NCBI GenBank assembly: GCA_938005615.1 | Contig: CALLMV010000011.1 | Location: 3,025-67,024, forward strand | DNA length: 64,000 nucleotides | Direction: 5' to 3' | From: an uncultured Verrucomicrobiae bacterium | GTDB taxonomy: Bacteria; Verrucomicrobiota; Verrucomicrobiia; JADLBR01; CALLMV01 | Part shown: one piece after another, positions 27,056 through 36,976 of the stretch | Numbering within the stretch: position 1 is the stretch's first letter | How the letters are laid out: each line of letters opens with the position of its first letter | Position numbers and translations under genes: made by a program | The notes under the pieces: generated by a model | Databases searched by the model: none | Told to the model about the DNA's origin: nothing | The model's input: only the letters and a program-made list of their open reading frames with translations

Positions 27056-29473
27056 TTATTTCCCGCGAGTCTTTTCGGGTGCGGCTTCTGCTATGGTTTT
27101 TGCTCCTCCGAGAGAGGTTGAGATTGGTCTGCCAGACCAGCGTTCGACACGGTCGAAGACAGGCGTGTTGGAAAAGAGATCGTCATCGCGTCTGCCTCTG
27201 ACGTTAAAGGGGTCTCCGTCCGGTTTTACAAGGTCGCAGGTCACAAAGATAATGAGATTTTTCTTAAGACTCTGTTCGATTTTCGAGCGGAACAGGCGGC
27301 CGATCAGCGGGATGTCTCCGAGGAAGGGGATTTTATCGTTGACCGTCTGGTAGTCATCTCGGATGAGTCCTCCGATGGCGACGGTCTGGCCGTCGGATAT
27401 TTGCACTTTGGTTTCTATGGAGCGTAGGTTGAAGACGGGTTTATTAATGACGTTTTGAACCAGCGGTGTGACTTGGCCTGTGGTAAAATCCAGCGTGGAG
27501 ATGGGGGATCCGTAGTTGATGAATCCCTCGAAGTCCAGCACGCGAGGGGCTAGAGTCAGGTCAATAGTTAAACGGTCTGGAGCCACTTGCGGTGTAGCAT
27601 TAAGAATGACGCCTGTATCCTCTTTGGTAAAAGTGGTGGGGGTGGAGGGGACGACGAGGCGGATGGCGGTTCCGTTAGGCAGCAGGGTGGTGTTTCCGTC
27701 AAACTCTGCGTTTTCGTATTCATCAGGGAAGAAGAATTCGCGGATGATTTTAATTTCAGCTTCCTGTCCGCTGCGGACGGTTACACTAGGCACTGCGAGT
27801 AGGTCGCTGCCAGTTTTTTGTGAGAGGGCGTAAACTAGCATTTCAAATTCAAACTGGGAGAGAGTTAGCCCGGCTTGGATGGCATGGCCAATGGGGCCGA
27901 GTGCACCCAGCGCCTGGCCCAGCAGGCCGTCAATGGCGTTTTGGACGATTGCCTCTCCGGCCACGCTGAGCTCAGGTGGCAGGGGGGCAAAGATGTCTGT
28001 GGGATCGAAACGAGGCGCTGAGGTGCGCAGACCAGGCGTGTCGGTCAGTTGGCTTTGTCCGCGACCTTTGCGGTTGAGGTTCCACCTGAAGGACATTTCT
28101 TCAAGGTCGTTTTGATTCACTTCCATGAAGCGGGTGGCAATGTTTACTTGGGGGATGAGTTCGTTGTCGTCTTGCAGGGCTTGTTCAATGAGCTGAATAT
28201 TGCTGAATGTGTTGGCAACAATCAGCTTGCTGCCGATGGGCTGGTAAGTGGCAAAAGAGCCAGGAGCGTCAAATGTCACGCCCAGTTGTGAGAGACGTTC
28301 TGTAACTTGTCTGCGCTGATCTTCGATGTTATCCGCAGCGGGTGGGAAAAACCCGGATGCAACGCGAAATTCTCTGGTGATGAGATCTTCGATGTTTTCA
28401 GCAGAAGGAGCGATGTAAACGGCGAATTCTTCTACGCGGTAGATGAGTCCAACTTGGTCCGCGATAAGGTCGAGCACTGCGCCTAAGGGGAGATTACTGA
28501 CGGCAAGTGTGACAAAGTTCGAGGCCTCAATGGAGGGCTTGACAATCAGGTTAACCCCCTTGCCTTCAGGATCTGCAATCCGCGCCTTGTCGCGGAGTAG
28601 TGCAATTGCTCGCTCGAGCTCGGTTCCATCGAAGTTGACTTGATCAATGATGATTGAGTTGAGTTTTTCTGTGATTCTGGCGATGTTGGTGATCCGCTGG
28701 CTACGGCCACCGCCCATTTGGGCGTCACTCACAAGAGTCGTTTTTCTGATGGGGTTACTCCACCCTGCTTCAACTTCGTACAGCATGCGTTCGCGAGTCT
28801 GGGTTCGTGCCTCCAGGTAGTAACGATTTTTTAGCTTAGCAACTTCCTTAATTCCTTCGCGTGCGGCAACATTATATGGGTCGAGCACGAGGATTTTCCG
28901 GTAGCGGTCGTCAGCTTTATCAAACTGGGAGGTGGCACGAGCGTTGGCAGCTTCATCGAAGTAGCGATTCACTCGGCTGAGCGCGATCAGAAATTCTTGA
29001 GTCATGGCCGGAGCAATGTCTGCAGGAATTTCTTTAACTGGTATCCCGAGTTCTGAAGCTGAAACCGCATAGATTTTTTGGAGGTCTCTGTTACCGGGGT
29101 CGACGGCTAGTACCTCTTTGGAGAGGTCGTGAGCAGTCTGATAATCACGTCGTGCAAACGCCTGGCGTGCGAGCTGAGTGTTAGCCAGGGTGAGACCTGT
29201 GACTGCTCGGCGATAGACTTCCTGAGTCGCAGGTGCCTCTGTGAGATTGTTGATCACGTAACGGAAGCGGTTGGCGGCCGCAGCGTATTGCTCTGCTGCG
29301 AGTAGCCTGTTGCCGTGAACCACTGCTTCGCGAGCCACATTTAACAATTGAACTCGGCGAGCGGTCTCCGAGCTTTGCGCAAATGTATTATGAGGGATTG
29401 CTAAACTCAGCATCATTAGCGTGAGGGGGATCACCCCGGATGAGATGATTGTGTGGTGGCTATTTTTGTTCAT
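27056..29473 (-). CDS. Secretin, Amuc_1098-like (copy 1), with N-terminal TPR-like region
   Basis: QVNIATRFME, DFEGFINYGSPI, DGQTVAIGGL, DKIPFLGDIPLIGRLFRS. Signal peptide from 29473 (29500 possible). Confidence 0.93.
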   Translation of the reverse strand: MNKNSHHTIISSGVIPLTLMMLSLAIPHNTFAQSSETARRVQLLNVAREAVVHGNRLLAAEQYAAAANRFRYVINNLTEAPATQEVYRRAVTGLTLANTQLARQAFARRDYQTAHDLSKEVLAVDPGNRDLQKIYAVSASELGIPVKEIPADIAPAMTQEFLIALSRVNRYFDEAANARATSQFDKADDRYRKILVLDPYNVAAREGIKEVAKLKNRYYLEARTQTRERMLYEVEAGWSNPIRKTTLVSDAQMGGGRSQRITNIARITEKLNSIIIDQVNFDGTELERAIALLRDKARIADPEGKGVNLIVKPSIEASNFVTLAVSNLPLGAVLDLIADQVGLIYRVEEFAVYIAPSAENIEDLITREFRVASGFFPPAADNIEDQRRQVTERLSQLGVTFDAPGSFATYQPIGSKLIVANTFSNIQLIEQALQDDNELIPQVNIATRFMEVNQNDLEEMSFRWNLNRKGRGQSQLTDTPGLRTSAPRFDPTDIFAPLPPELSVAGEAIVQNAIDGLLGQALGALGPIGHAIQAGLTLSQFEFEMLVYALSQKTGSDLLAVPSVTVRSGQEAEIKIIREFFFPDEYENAEFDGNTTLLPNGTAIRLVVPSTPTTFTKEDTGVILNATPQVAPDRLTIDLTLAPRVLDFEGFINYGSPISTLDFTTGQVTPLVQNVINKPVFNLRSIETKVQISDGQTVAIGGLIRDDYQTVNDKIPFLGDIPLIGRLFRSKIEQSLKKNLIIFVTCDLVKPDGDPFNVRGRRDDDLFSNTPVFDRVERWSGRPISTSLGGAKTIAEAAPEKTRGK

Positions 29474-29535
29474 TTGGGTGATTTTGTACTGTGGGTTCAT
29501 AAACTCAAGAACGGATCTTTGGAATAATGGTTGTC

Positions 29536-30597
29536 TTAAAAGAATATTTCGGTAGAAGTTTCTGTAGGTTGTTGTGGGGTGGGTTGGGGTGCTGTACGCG
29601 ATATCCACTCCTCTTCATGGGGAAGTGGCGGATGAAGTTCAAATCTGGCTCCAGTAGTAATTTCCTCTACAATTGCACTAGATTGGCCATCTTTCTCACC
29701 AACGCTAATGAGTTTAAACTTCTGGCCGCGTAGTAAGAAATCTCTGGAGACTCGAGCTTCTATGATTTCGGAGACGGGTCCAGCGGAAAGGTCGCGCAAA
29801 AACATGATGGATTCAGGGGAGTCAATTTCTCTGCCTAAAATAAGCGTCACCTTCTCCCCAGTAATCGTGTGTTGGAGATCCAGCTCTGAGTCATCGAATT
29901 CTCGATCTCCTTCTATTCTTGGGTCGAAACGCACTTCTACTTTACGCCGAAATTGACCGACCTTCCATTCTTCGATCACATCACCGAACACCACGAAAGG
30001 GCTCCTGTTTCTGCGATCTTTTGCGTCTTGAAAGTTAAGCTGATAATTCATCACGCCATCAAGTTCGTTGTATGCCCGGAAAATCATGCGGAATGGGATT
30101 TTTCTGCTGTCCACTATACGAAGCTTAGTGATATGAGGCGGATGGCTCTGGGAATCAGTCGGATTAGTGCCAGCTACGAATTCATCTTTGTTGAGGAAAC
30201 CATCACCATCGGGATCTTGAATGCCAACAAAGGGATCAGCCAGCGACAGGGAGTATCTGGACTTCCACTCACGAGGGATGCCGTATTTGTCAGTGGCTTG
30301 GGCATCGTAAACTTTGATGAGACCCTTATCAGGGAGAAACTCAATGGGCCGAGAAACGACGAGGCGATGGGTGCTTGCTGGCTCCTGCCAAGGGGAAAAA
30401 GCAGAGAACTGACGGGTGAGGTTTGAAAATTTCCCATCATCAGGATCCTTGGGCAGCGGCACTTCGCGCATTGTAGCACTTATTTGTCCCAATGAATAGT
30501 TTCCTGGCTGAATAGCAACAAATACAGCGATCACTGTGAGGATGACAAGTGCCAGAGATAGTGAAAATTTCTCCCAATGCTGGACGATAATATTCAT
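29536..30597 (-). CDS. Amuc_1099-like pilus system protein
   Basis: N-terminal TM; DPDGDGFLNKDEFVAGTNPTD...HP motif; ATGA overlap with the upstream gene; matching position in the cluster. Confidence 0.78.
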   Translation of the reverse strand: MNIIVQHWEKFSLSLALVILTVIAVFVAIQPGNYSLGQISATMREVPLPKDPDDGKFSNLTRQFSAFSPWQEPASTHRLVVSRPIEFLPDKGLIKVYDAQATDKYGIPREWKSRYSLSLADPFVGIQDPDGDGFLNKDEFVAGTNPTDSQSHPPHITKLRIVDSRKIPFRMIFRAYNELDGVMNYQLNFQDAKDRRNRSPFVVFGDVIEEWKVGQFRRKVEVRFDPRIEGDREFDDSELDLQHTITGEKVTLILGREIDSPESIMFLRDLSAGPVSEIIEARVSRDFLLRGQKFKLISVGEKDGQSSAIVEEITTGARFELHPPLPHEEEWISRTAPQPTPQQPTETSTEIFF

Positions 30598-31601
30598 TTT
30601 ACCTGCTCCTGCGAATTTTTCCAACCGATGTAATCAATCCTCATGGCCACTCTAATGGTCTCATTGCCGACTATGATGACTGGAGCAATGCTACCAGGCA
30701 AGATTCCCGGGATAGCCGATGTGCCGCCGGCGGTCTGAGTTCTGCCGGCAGTAGCAGTTCCGGCTGCAGCAGCTCGAAGCTGCTCGATCGTGGGTAAACT
30801 GCTCTTAGAGTTTTCGATGTCCATAACGCGAATAACGTAATATGGATTCGGTGGGTTATTTTCTCTCTTCTCGCTGGTAATATCTGGCGGCTTAGAAAAG
30901 TGATTGACAATTCTGCGCAATGAACTTTCGTCAGATTCAAATTCGACGACAAAAGGAAGAATTTCGTAGGAGAGATTTTGCGAAAAACTCACCGGCGGGA
31001 TGTAGTCAAGATCTACGTTCTGGGCTCTGACACCCGTAGCAGCATCTAAGGCACCACCTGGGGGCGAAGTCTCGATGAGCATGCGACGTACAGCGTATAT
31101 ACGTGACACTCGGGTTTCGATGAGTTTCTCTACGATATTTTCCACGAGTTTAAGCTGTTTGGAGAGTTGCGCGGTATCTTCTGCCACAGGGGTATTAGTC
31201 GCGTAGAGGGAGAATCCAAATTGGAAGTTTTCCGGTATGGTGATCCCAGCGTTTTGGCAATCCTCTATTAATTTTTGTTTTGTTCTAGCAAAAAGGGATT
31301 GGAACATAGTACCCGAAATCTCCTCGGTGTTTATTGCTGCGGCGGCGAGCGCATCAAGGCTTGGACGAATATCTTTTTCCAACCGATTGTTGTTTTCTTG
31401 CAGAGTGTTCAAATTGGCTTGACTGGGAAAGTTGGGTCTGGATTGAAGACGGTTGTGCTCAGTTCTGGTCTGTTGAAGTGACGCTTCCAATTCGACAACT
31501 TGCTGGTTGGTCAAATACCAACCGAAAGAACCGGCAGCAATGATTATCGTAGAAATTCCGGCCATCGCCAGTATTGCAGGACTGAGTTTATTCTGTGCCA
31601 T
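30594..31601 (-). CDS. Amuc_1100-like pilus system protein (PilO-like position)
   Basis: N-terminal TM, coiled coil, FQFGFSLY...P...QL, YEILPFVVEF, C-terminal IVGNETIRVAMRIDYI. Lies downstream of the PilM-like gene. Confidence 0.78.
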   Translation of the reverse strand: MAQNKLSPAILAMAGISTIIIAAGSFGWYLTNQQVVELEASLQQTRTEHNRLQSRPNFPSQANLNTLQENNNRLEKDIRPSLDALAAAAINTEEISGTMFQSLFARTKQKLIEDCQNAGITIPENFQFGFSLYATNTPVAEDTAQLSKQLKLVENIVEKLIETRVSRIYAVRRMLIETSPPGGALDAATGVRAQNVDLDYIPPVSFSQNLSYEILPFVVEFESDESSLRRIVNHFSKPPDITSEKRENNPPNPYYVIRVMDIENSKSSLPTIEQLRAAAAGTATAGRTQTAGGTSAIPGILPGSIAPVIIVGNETIRVAMRIDYIGWKNSQEQVK

Positions 31602-31602
31602 G

Positions 31603-33387
31603 TCAGGGAATGAGTGAAATTGGTTCTTTTAAGGGTATAGTAATCTCAAAACGCAACGCAATGTTGCGGTCAGCCGCATCGACATCGCGTTTAATGAGAC
31701 CTTGTTTGTCAACCTCTTCCTTGGTAAGTGCAAAAGGACTATTCGCAGCAAGGATATTTTTAACGAAATCATCTACACGAGATTCTCCCATGAGTCCCAC
31801 GTCTTCTTGGGAATCCATTAGACTGGAACGGTCGTAAGACTCATAAAAGCCGGCAAGTCGGATATGACTGATGAGCGCCTCGGTGCTTTCTGTTGTTTGG
31901 ACACGACGACCTGTTCGCGTTTCCGTCAAAGCCTGGTTGGGAAGGAATGTAACGGGCTTCTCACCGCTCAGAGGCTCTATGTCGGTAAGCCAAATTCCCG
32001 TAACTGCATTTTCGTTCAAGTATTCAAGCAATTCGATCCAGCGTTGTTTATCGATCGAGAGGGCCAGGATTTGGCTGCCGATGTTTTTTAAGGTGGCTGC
32101 CCTTTTTTCTTCAACCTCCATTTTTCTGAGGATGGAGTTGCGCTCAGAGAGCTCTGTTTGCAGTGCATTTTTTTCTGCTGCAACCACGTTTGATTTAAGC
32201 AAATTCGCAACGATGGGAACGGCAAAGGCCGCAGCGAGAATCAATGATGTTGTTGCAATCAGCGTGGATTTCTTTCTGGCTTCAAGTTTGTTACGCACAG
32301 AATTTGGCACGAGATTGATTTCTACAGGAGTCTGAGGAAGAAATCTTGTGGCCAATCCCACTACTGTTCCGAACCTGTGGGCCGTTTCGGCAAACTTGGC
32401 AGTATCTGCGCCAGGTGCAGCTTCAACATTTCTTAAGGGGTTAAAGTATTCAACTTCACAAGAAAGCTTTTCTTTCAAGAAAAGATCCATGTAGGCTAGA
32501 GAAGCTGTACCCCCAGCGAGCAAAATCTTACTGGGACTGCTACCGCCGTGCTGAGTGCGATAAAAACTAATCGACCTGACTATTTCTGCATGCAGTCTGG
32601 TCATGACGGTGCGAATGATTTTGGAAACCCTAGCGGCCACCTCGTCGGGGGGGTCTTCATAGCCTCCTCCCAAACCAACAAAGCCTTTGCCTTGTTTAAT
32701 AATCTCGGACGCAGCAAAGGGCTCCTTCAAGTCTTGCGCGATAGACTGGGTGATTTGATTGCCTGCGATAGGAACGCCCCGGATAAAGATTCTTCCATTT
32801 TCTGAAAAGACCAATTGAGTGGCCTTGGCGCCCATATCAACAAAAAGAATACACCCGTCAACATTCGGATAGTTAAACCTCAGAGCGTTGTAAGAAGCCA
32901 GGGGAGAAACGTCCACAAACTCGGCCAAGTTGCCTGAGGCCACGACAGCAGCATTGATTTGGTCTAAAATGTCAGATTTTATCGCGACAATAATGCACTC
33001 CAGGTCGCTAGATGTTGCCCCGGAAATGAGTTGGTAGTCCCAGACAACTTCGTTCATTTGAAAAGGCACATTTTGCTGAGCCTCAAATTTGACCATCTGG
33101 CTGATTTGAGACGGAGCAGTAGCTGGAAGACGAACGATTCTTGTAAAAACCAGTTGGCCGGATACTGAGAACGCCACCCGCGCGGACTTCACACCAATCT
33201 GTGAGCAAATAGATTTCAACACGCCAATTAATGAAGCAAATGTCGTTTCATCAGTAGACGCAAGCTCGAGGGGTTGCTCCAACAGGTTTATGACTCGCAA
33301 TCCACCACCCTGACTGATCTCAAAATGTCCGGCATGGACTGAGTGCGTACCGATATCGAAAGTGATAATTGGAGATTGGCGGCTCAT
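31603..33387 (-). CDS. pilM: PilM-like actin-fold pilus assembly protein with PilN-like C-terminus (Amuc_1101-like)
   Basis: DIGTHSV, FEAQQNVPF..EVVWDYQ, VDMGAKAT, EIVRSISFYRTQ, LAGG, then INLVP + TM + coiled coil. Confidence 0.9.
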   Translation of the reverse strand: MSRQSPIITFDIGTHSVHAGHFEISQGGGLRVINLLEQPLELASTDETTFASLIGVLKSICSQIGVKSARVAFSVSGQLVFTRIVRLPATAPSQISQMVKFEAQQNVPFQMNEVVWDYQLISGATSSDLECIIVAIKSDILDQINAAVVASGNLAEFVDVSPLASYNALRFNYPNVDGCILFVDMGAKATQLVFSENGRIFIRGVPIAGNQITQSIAQDLKEPFAASEIIKQGKGFVGLGGGYEDPPDEVAARVSKIIRTVMTRLHAEIVRSISFYRTQHGGSSPSKILLAGGTASLAYMDLFLKEKLSCEVEYFNPLRNVEAAPGADTAKFAETAHRFGTVVGLATRFLPQTPVEINLVPNSVRNKLEARKKSTLIATTSLILAAAFAVPIVANLLKSNVVAAEKNALQTELSERNSILRKMEVEEKRAATLKNIGSQILALSIDKQRWIELLEYLNENAVTGIWLTDIEPLSGEKPVTFLPNQALTETRTGRRVQTTESTEALISHIRLAGFYESYDRSSLMDSQEDVGLMGESRVDDFVKNILAANSPFALTKEEVDKQGLIKRDVDAADRNIALRFEITIPLKEPISLIP

Positions 33388-33390
33388 TGT

Positions 33391-34077
33391 TTACTTGAGG
33401 CTGGTTTTGTAAGGGCGATAGTATCTATCCCAAAAATCGTTCATCCACGGTGTTTCCGAAATAGGAAGAAGCACACCGGTCTTTCCTTCCTTCCTAAACC
33501 AATCGGGGTTATCTCCTGCACGACTACCTCTTTCGCGAAGCTCAACTTCAATAACAGCCTTACTATTGTAGGACACTTCAACAGCAACATTCGACGCACT
33601 TCTAATTCTGCTTTCTCCGCCAAATCTTTCTACCCAAGTTGGTGGGATAAACGCAATGAAAGCCATTTGGCGAGCGGGTTTGAGATGAGCGAAGCTTTGA
33701 GACAAGGAAAACACTTGCCTTTGATCGAATTCCACATCATCCCGGCTCGGCTCAGGAGTAAGCCAATGAATTTTAACTTCTAAATCTTTGATGTAGTCCA
33801 GACGCCTTATCAAATCTTCAGGTATGGCTTCAATGACTACTTCAATCTGCACCCAGTTCACTATGTCAATTAGTCGTGTGCGAACGCTCGTAGAGCGTGG
33901 GGGCTCTACCGATTCTATGGTTATTGATCGAGGTTGAGCTGAAAATCCTCTGACGGTTTCCACTCCTTGGGCGCTTGAGCTGAGAGGTGAAATCATAAGC
34001 AGCCCCAAGAGCAGATTCATTAGAAAAATAGGCATTAAAGTTGATACTCGGATGACGGATTTGGTTTTGAGGACCAT
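33391..34077 (-). CDS. Amuc_1102-like exported pilus-associated protein
   Basis: Signal peptide, WVQIEV, C-terminal GVLLPISETPW...WDRY. First gene of the cluster; start uncertain (34077/34035). Confidence 0.72.
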   Translation of the reverse strand: MVLKTKSVIRVSTLMPIFLMNLLLGLLMISPLSSSAQGVETVRGFSAQPRSITIESVEPPRSTSVRTRLIDIVNWVQIEVVIEAIPEDLIRRLDYIKDLEVKIHWLTPEPSRDDVEFDQRQVFSLSQSFAHLKPARQMAFIAFIPPTWVERFGGESRIRSASNVAVEVSYNSKAVIEVELRERGSRAGDNPDWFRKEGKTGVLLPISETPWMNDFWDRYYRPYKTSLK

Positions 34078-34142
34078 GTCTCTGATTAGGCGAGAACACT
34101 TTCTACGGTCAATGCGGAAAAATTGTTTGCTAAAAAAATTCA

Positions 34143-34676
34143 CTAAATTGTAACCAAAGAAACAAGCCGTTCGTAGGGCACCGTCTCCACCCTCATCTGA
34201 AGCATTTTGTCTGTATCAAACACGAAACGAGCTGTGAGAAAATGACCGTCCAGTACAGCCGGCAGCCAGTATCTATCGTCCTGCCACATCCGCTCAAAGG
34301 GAATTCGTGAGACTTCTACCCAAAACGGGATAGCCTCATCTGTTTCTCTCAAATTTCCTGTTAACGAGTTAGCAAGAAAAACGTGACACCGCATGGCATA
34401 ACCGTCAGTAAACTGAAAATCGATCGAAGCATGGTGTGATGGTGACACCGGCTCGACACCGACTTCTTCACGCGTCTCCCGCACTGCGGCCTCGATTGCC
34501 GTTTCTCCCGGCTCTAAACGACCACCGGGGGCGTTGACTTTCCCGGCACCTAGGCCGCGCTTTTTTTCTATGAGCAAGAGCTTGTCTCCACTGCGAATAA
34601 ATGACAGGACGGCTGTCTCCCGTGGGATCCACCCTCGCCAATCAAAATCCGCCCATCTACTGCTGTTGCAGATCAT
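34143..34676 (-). CDS. NUDIX hydrolase (8-oxo-dGTPase/MTH1-like)
   Basis: KKRGLGAGKVNAPGGRLEPGETAIEAAVRETREEVG Nudix box; MWQDDRYWLP. Confidence 0.92.
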   Translation of the reverse strand: MICNSSRWADFDWRGWIPRETAVLSFIRSGDKLLLIEKKRGLGAGKVNAPGGRLEPGETAIEAAVRETREEVGVEPVSPSHHASIDFQFTDGYAMRCHVFLANSLTGNLRETDEAIPFWVEVSRIPFERMWQDDRYWLPAVLDGHFLTARFVFDTDKMLQMRVETVPYERLVSLVTI

Positions 34677-35248
34677 GCGGTTTGCGGCTTGGGGATCATG
34701 CCCATTTTACGGGCATATTCAAAAATTCCACCGGCTTGCACCACAGGCAGCACCTCTCCCAAGGGTTTAAGCAAATGGATCTGACCGGCAAATTCCAGGG
34801 TATTGTTTTTAAAGTTCACAGTCGCCAAGTCGCCGGTTTTCAATATATCACACAATCGCTCTGCGGAATCATATGGAAAAACTTCGCCGGTAGCGACGCA
34901 ATTTCTGAAAAAAATGCGCGCGTAACTTTGAGCAACAACAACTTTTACACCAGCCGCACCTAGAGCAATCGGTGCGTGTTCCCGCGAGGAGCCACAGCCG
35001 AAATTCTTTCCTGCAATTACGATAGGATATGCGCTCTTCATTGAGCCTTCAGGCACTAATCTCACGGGGTAAAGCGATTCGGGCAGGCCAGCCAGTGCAT
35101 AGCTCCCCAACTTCTCATACTCCTCGGGAATTGTGGGCACCAAGTTCAAGTATTCTGCTGGTATGATCTGATCGGTATCGATGTTGTCAGAAACAACATA
35201 AACAGGTCCTGTTACAATGTCTTCAAAACTCTTGGACTTAATGCTCAT
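34673..35248 (-). CDS. leuD: 3-isopropylmalate dehydratase small subunit
   Basis: DNIDTDQIIPA, NFGCGSSREHAP, SYARIFFRN. Confidence 0.92.
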   Translation of the reverse strand: MSIKSKSFEDIVTGPVYVVSDNIDTDQIIPAEYLNLVPTIPEEYEKLGSYALAGLPESLYPVRLVPEGSMKSAYPIVIAGKNFGCGSSREHAPIALGAAGVKVVVAQSYARIFFRNCVATGEVFPYDSAERLCDILKTGDLATVNFKNNTLEFAGQIHLLKPLGEVLPVVQAGGIFEYARKMGMIPKPQTA

Positions 35249-35251
35249 AAT

Positions 35252-36631
35252 TTACTCCGATAAAAACTCTCTTGGATCTGTAATGTAACCTGTCAAAGCA
35301 GACGCCGCCACAGTATATGGCGACGCCAAGTAAACACGCGACTCCTTATGCCCCATCCTACCAGGAAAATTTCGATTTGTTGCTGAAATGCAGCTCATCG
35401 GCTTGTTAATCCTACCAAATGTATCCTGCGGACCGCCAAGACATGCGGCGCATGACGCATTCTCCGTCATCAATACGCCTGCGCTCTCAAGTCTTTCCCA
35501 AACAGATTTCCCTTCCCATACGATAGACTGCAGCTCCCGCACTACCGTCGGGGTGGCTGGCACCCCAAAAGTGTCAATTTTCACCCGCCTGTTTCCGATT
35601 ACTTTTGCGAAAGCCAAGAAATCTGATGTTTTTCCTCCGGTACAAGAACCTATATAGGCTCTATCCAGCGTGACTTTATTCAAGTCCTTAGCCAGAGCTC
35701 TGTTGCCTGGATCTGGGTGTTGGGCAACCGTCGGTTCAATTTTGCTTAAATCGAATTTCCTATCGTAGCAAAAATGCTGATCCCGATCAAGTTCGACAGG
35801 CGTATATTCCTGACGCGTGCCGTTTTTTCTTGTGGATTCTCTCACATAATCCTCTGTCAGCCGGTCATAAGGAAATACTCCGTTTTTTCCTCCTGCTTCA
35901 ATCGCCATGTTCGCAATAGTCATTCGGTCATCCATATTCAGCGATGCGACCCCTGGTCCTTCGTATTGCATTGCACGGTAAGTGGCACCATCAAAACCGA
36001 TATCCCCAATGATATGAAGAATGACGTCTTTGGCCATCACTCCAAATGGCAACTCACCTTCAAGCCAGAAGCGCATTGTTTCAGGCACTTTCAGTAAGAT
36101 TTTACCGGTGCCTAATACAAACCCGGCATCAGTGTTACCGATTCCAGTGGCAAACATGTTGAAAGCGCCTGCCATACAAGTATGAGAATCAGTGCCTACC
36201 AGAATTTCACCGGGTCGACAGTGCCCCTTTTCAGGCAGAGCGGTGTGACAAACACCTGCAAAAGATGAACCGTATTGGCGCTTGAGCTGCCCTTTAGAAG
36301 GATCAAACTCCCACTTGGCATCAGCGCCGTCCCCATCAATTACATCGTAAAAGTAGGGAATCCCTTGTTCCCTGACGAAATTGCGCAAAATGTCCACATT
36401 ACGATTCGATTTACTGTCGGCTGTAAAAATGTAGTGGTCAGGAATGATCACTACACGAGATTTGTCCCAAACCTTAGCATTCTGTCCAAACTCCCGTTTA
36501 AATACCCCGATCGTGCCAGGTCCGCAGACATCATGCGTTAGTAAAGTATCGACATTCACCCAGACGTTTTCCCCAGCGGAAACACTGGATCGACCAGAAG
36601 CACGCGCCAGTAATTTTTCGGTAAGAGTCAT
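35252..36631 (-). CDS. leuC: 3-isopropylmalate dehydratase large subunit
   Basis: TLTEK, HDVCGPG, PDH, GVCH, GTDSHTC, IGSCTGG, CAACLG, TNRNFPGRMG. Confidence 0.93.
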   Translation of the reverse strand: MTLTEKLLARASGRSSVSAGENVWVNVDTLLTHDVCGPGTIGVFKREFGQNAKVWDKSRVVIIPDHYIFTADSKSNRNVDILRNFVREQGIPYFYDVIDGDGADAKWEFDPSKGQLKRQYGSSFAGVCHTALPEKGHCRPGEILVGTDSHTCMAGAFNMFATGIGNTDAGFVLGTGKILLKVPETMRFWLEGELPFGVMAKDVILHIIGDIGFDGATYRAMQYEGPGVASLNMDDRMTIANMAIEAGGKNGVFPYDRLTEDYVRESTRKNGTRQEYTPVELDRDQHFCYDRKFDLSKIEPTVAQHPDPGNRALAKDLNKVTLDRAYIGSCTGGKTSDFLAFAKVIGNRRVKIDTFGVPATPTVVRELQSIVWEGKSVWERLESAGVLMTENASCAACLGGPQDTFGRINKPMSCISATNRNFPGRMGHKESRVYLASPYTVAASALTGYITDPREFLSE

Positions 36632-36976
36632 ATTGCTCTTTTAAAGCCACAGAAAAAAAAAGCAATGAAACGCTAAAAAAAAGTTAAAGAAAGATTTCAC
36701 AAAAAACGAACTGTTAGTCCACAAGTCTACATATAAAAATATCATAAACTTGACTAAATAGTTTGCTATGTTATTTTAAGTCTAAATTCTGAAATTTATG
36801 TCTTACAACGTAATTTTGTTAAAGCAGATGAATGCAGATCTTATATTTTGTAGTCCAATCAGTAGGTTTAACACTTTTATCTATTCAGAAGTTATTGCAA
36901 GAATTTCAATTATATGCAACCGTGCATGGCCACAATTAAAATAAAACTTAGACAGATAAATGCCGTAAGAATCTGA

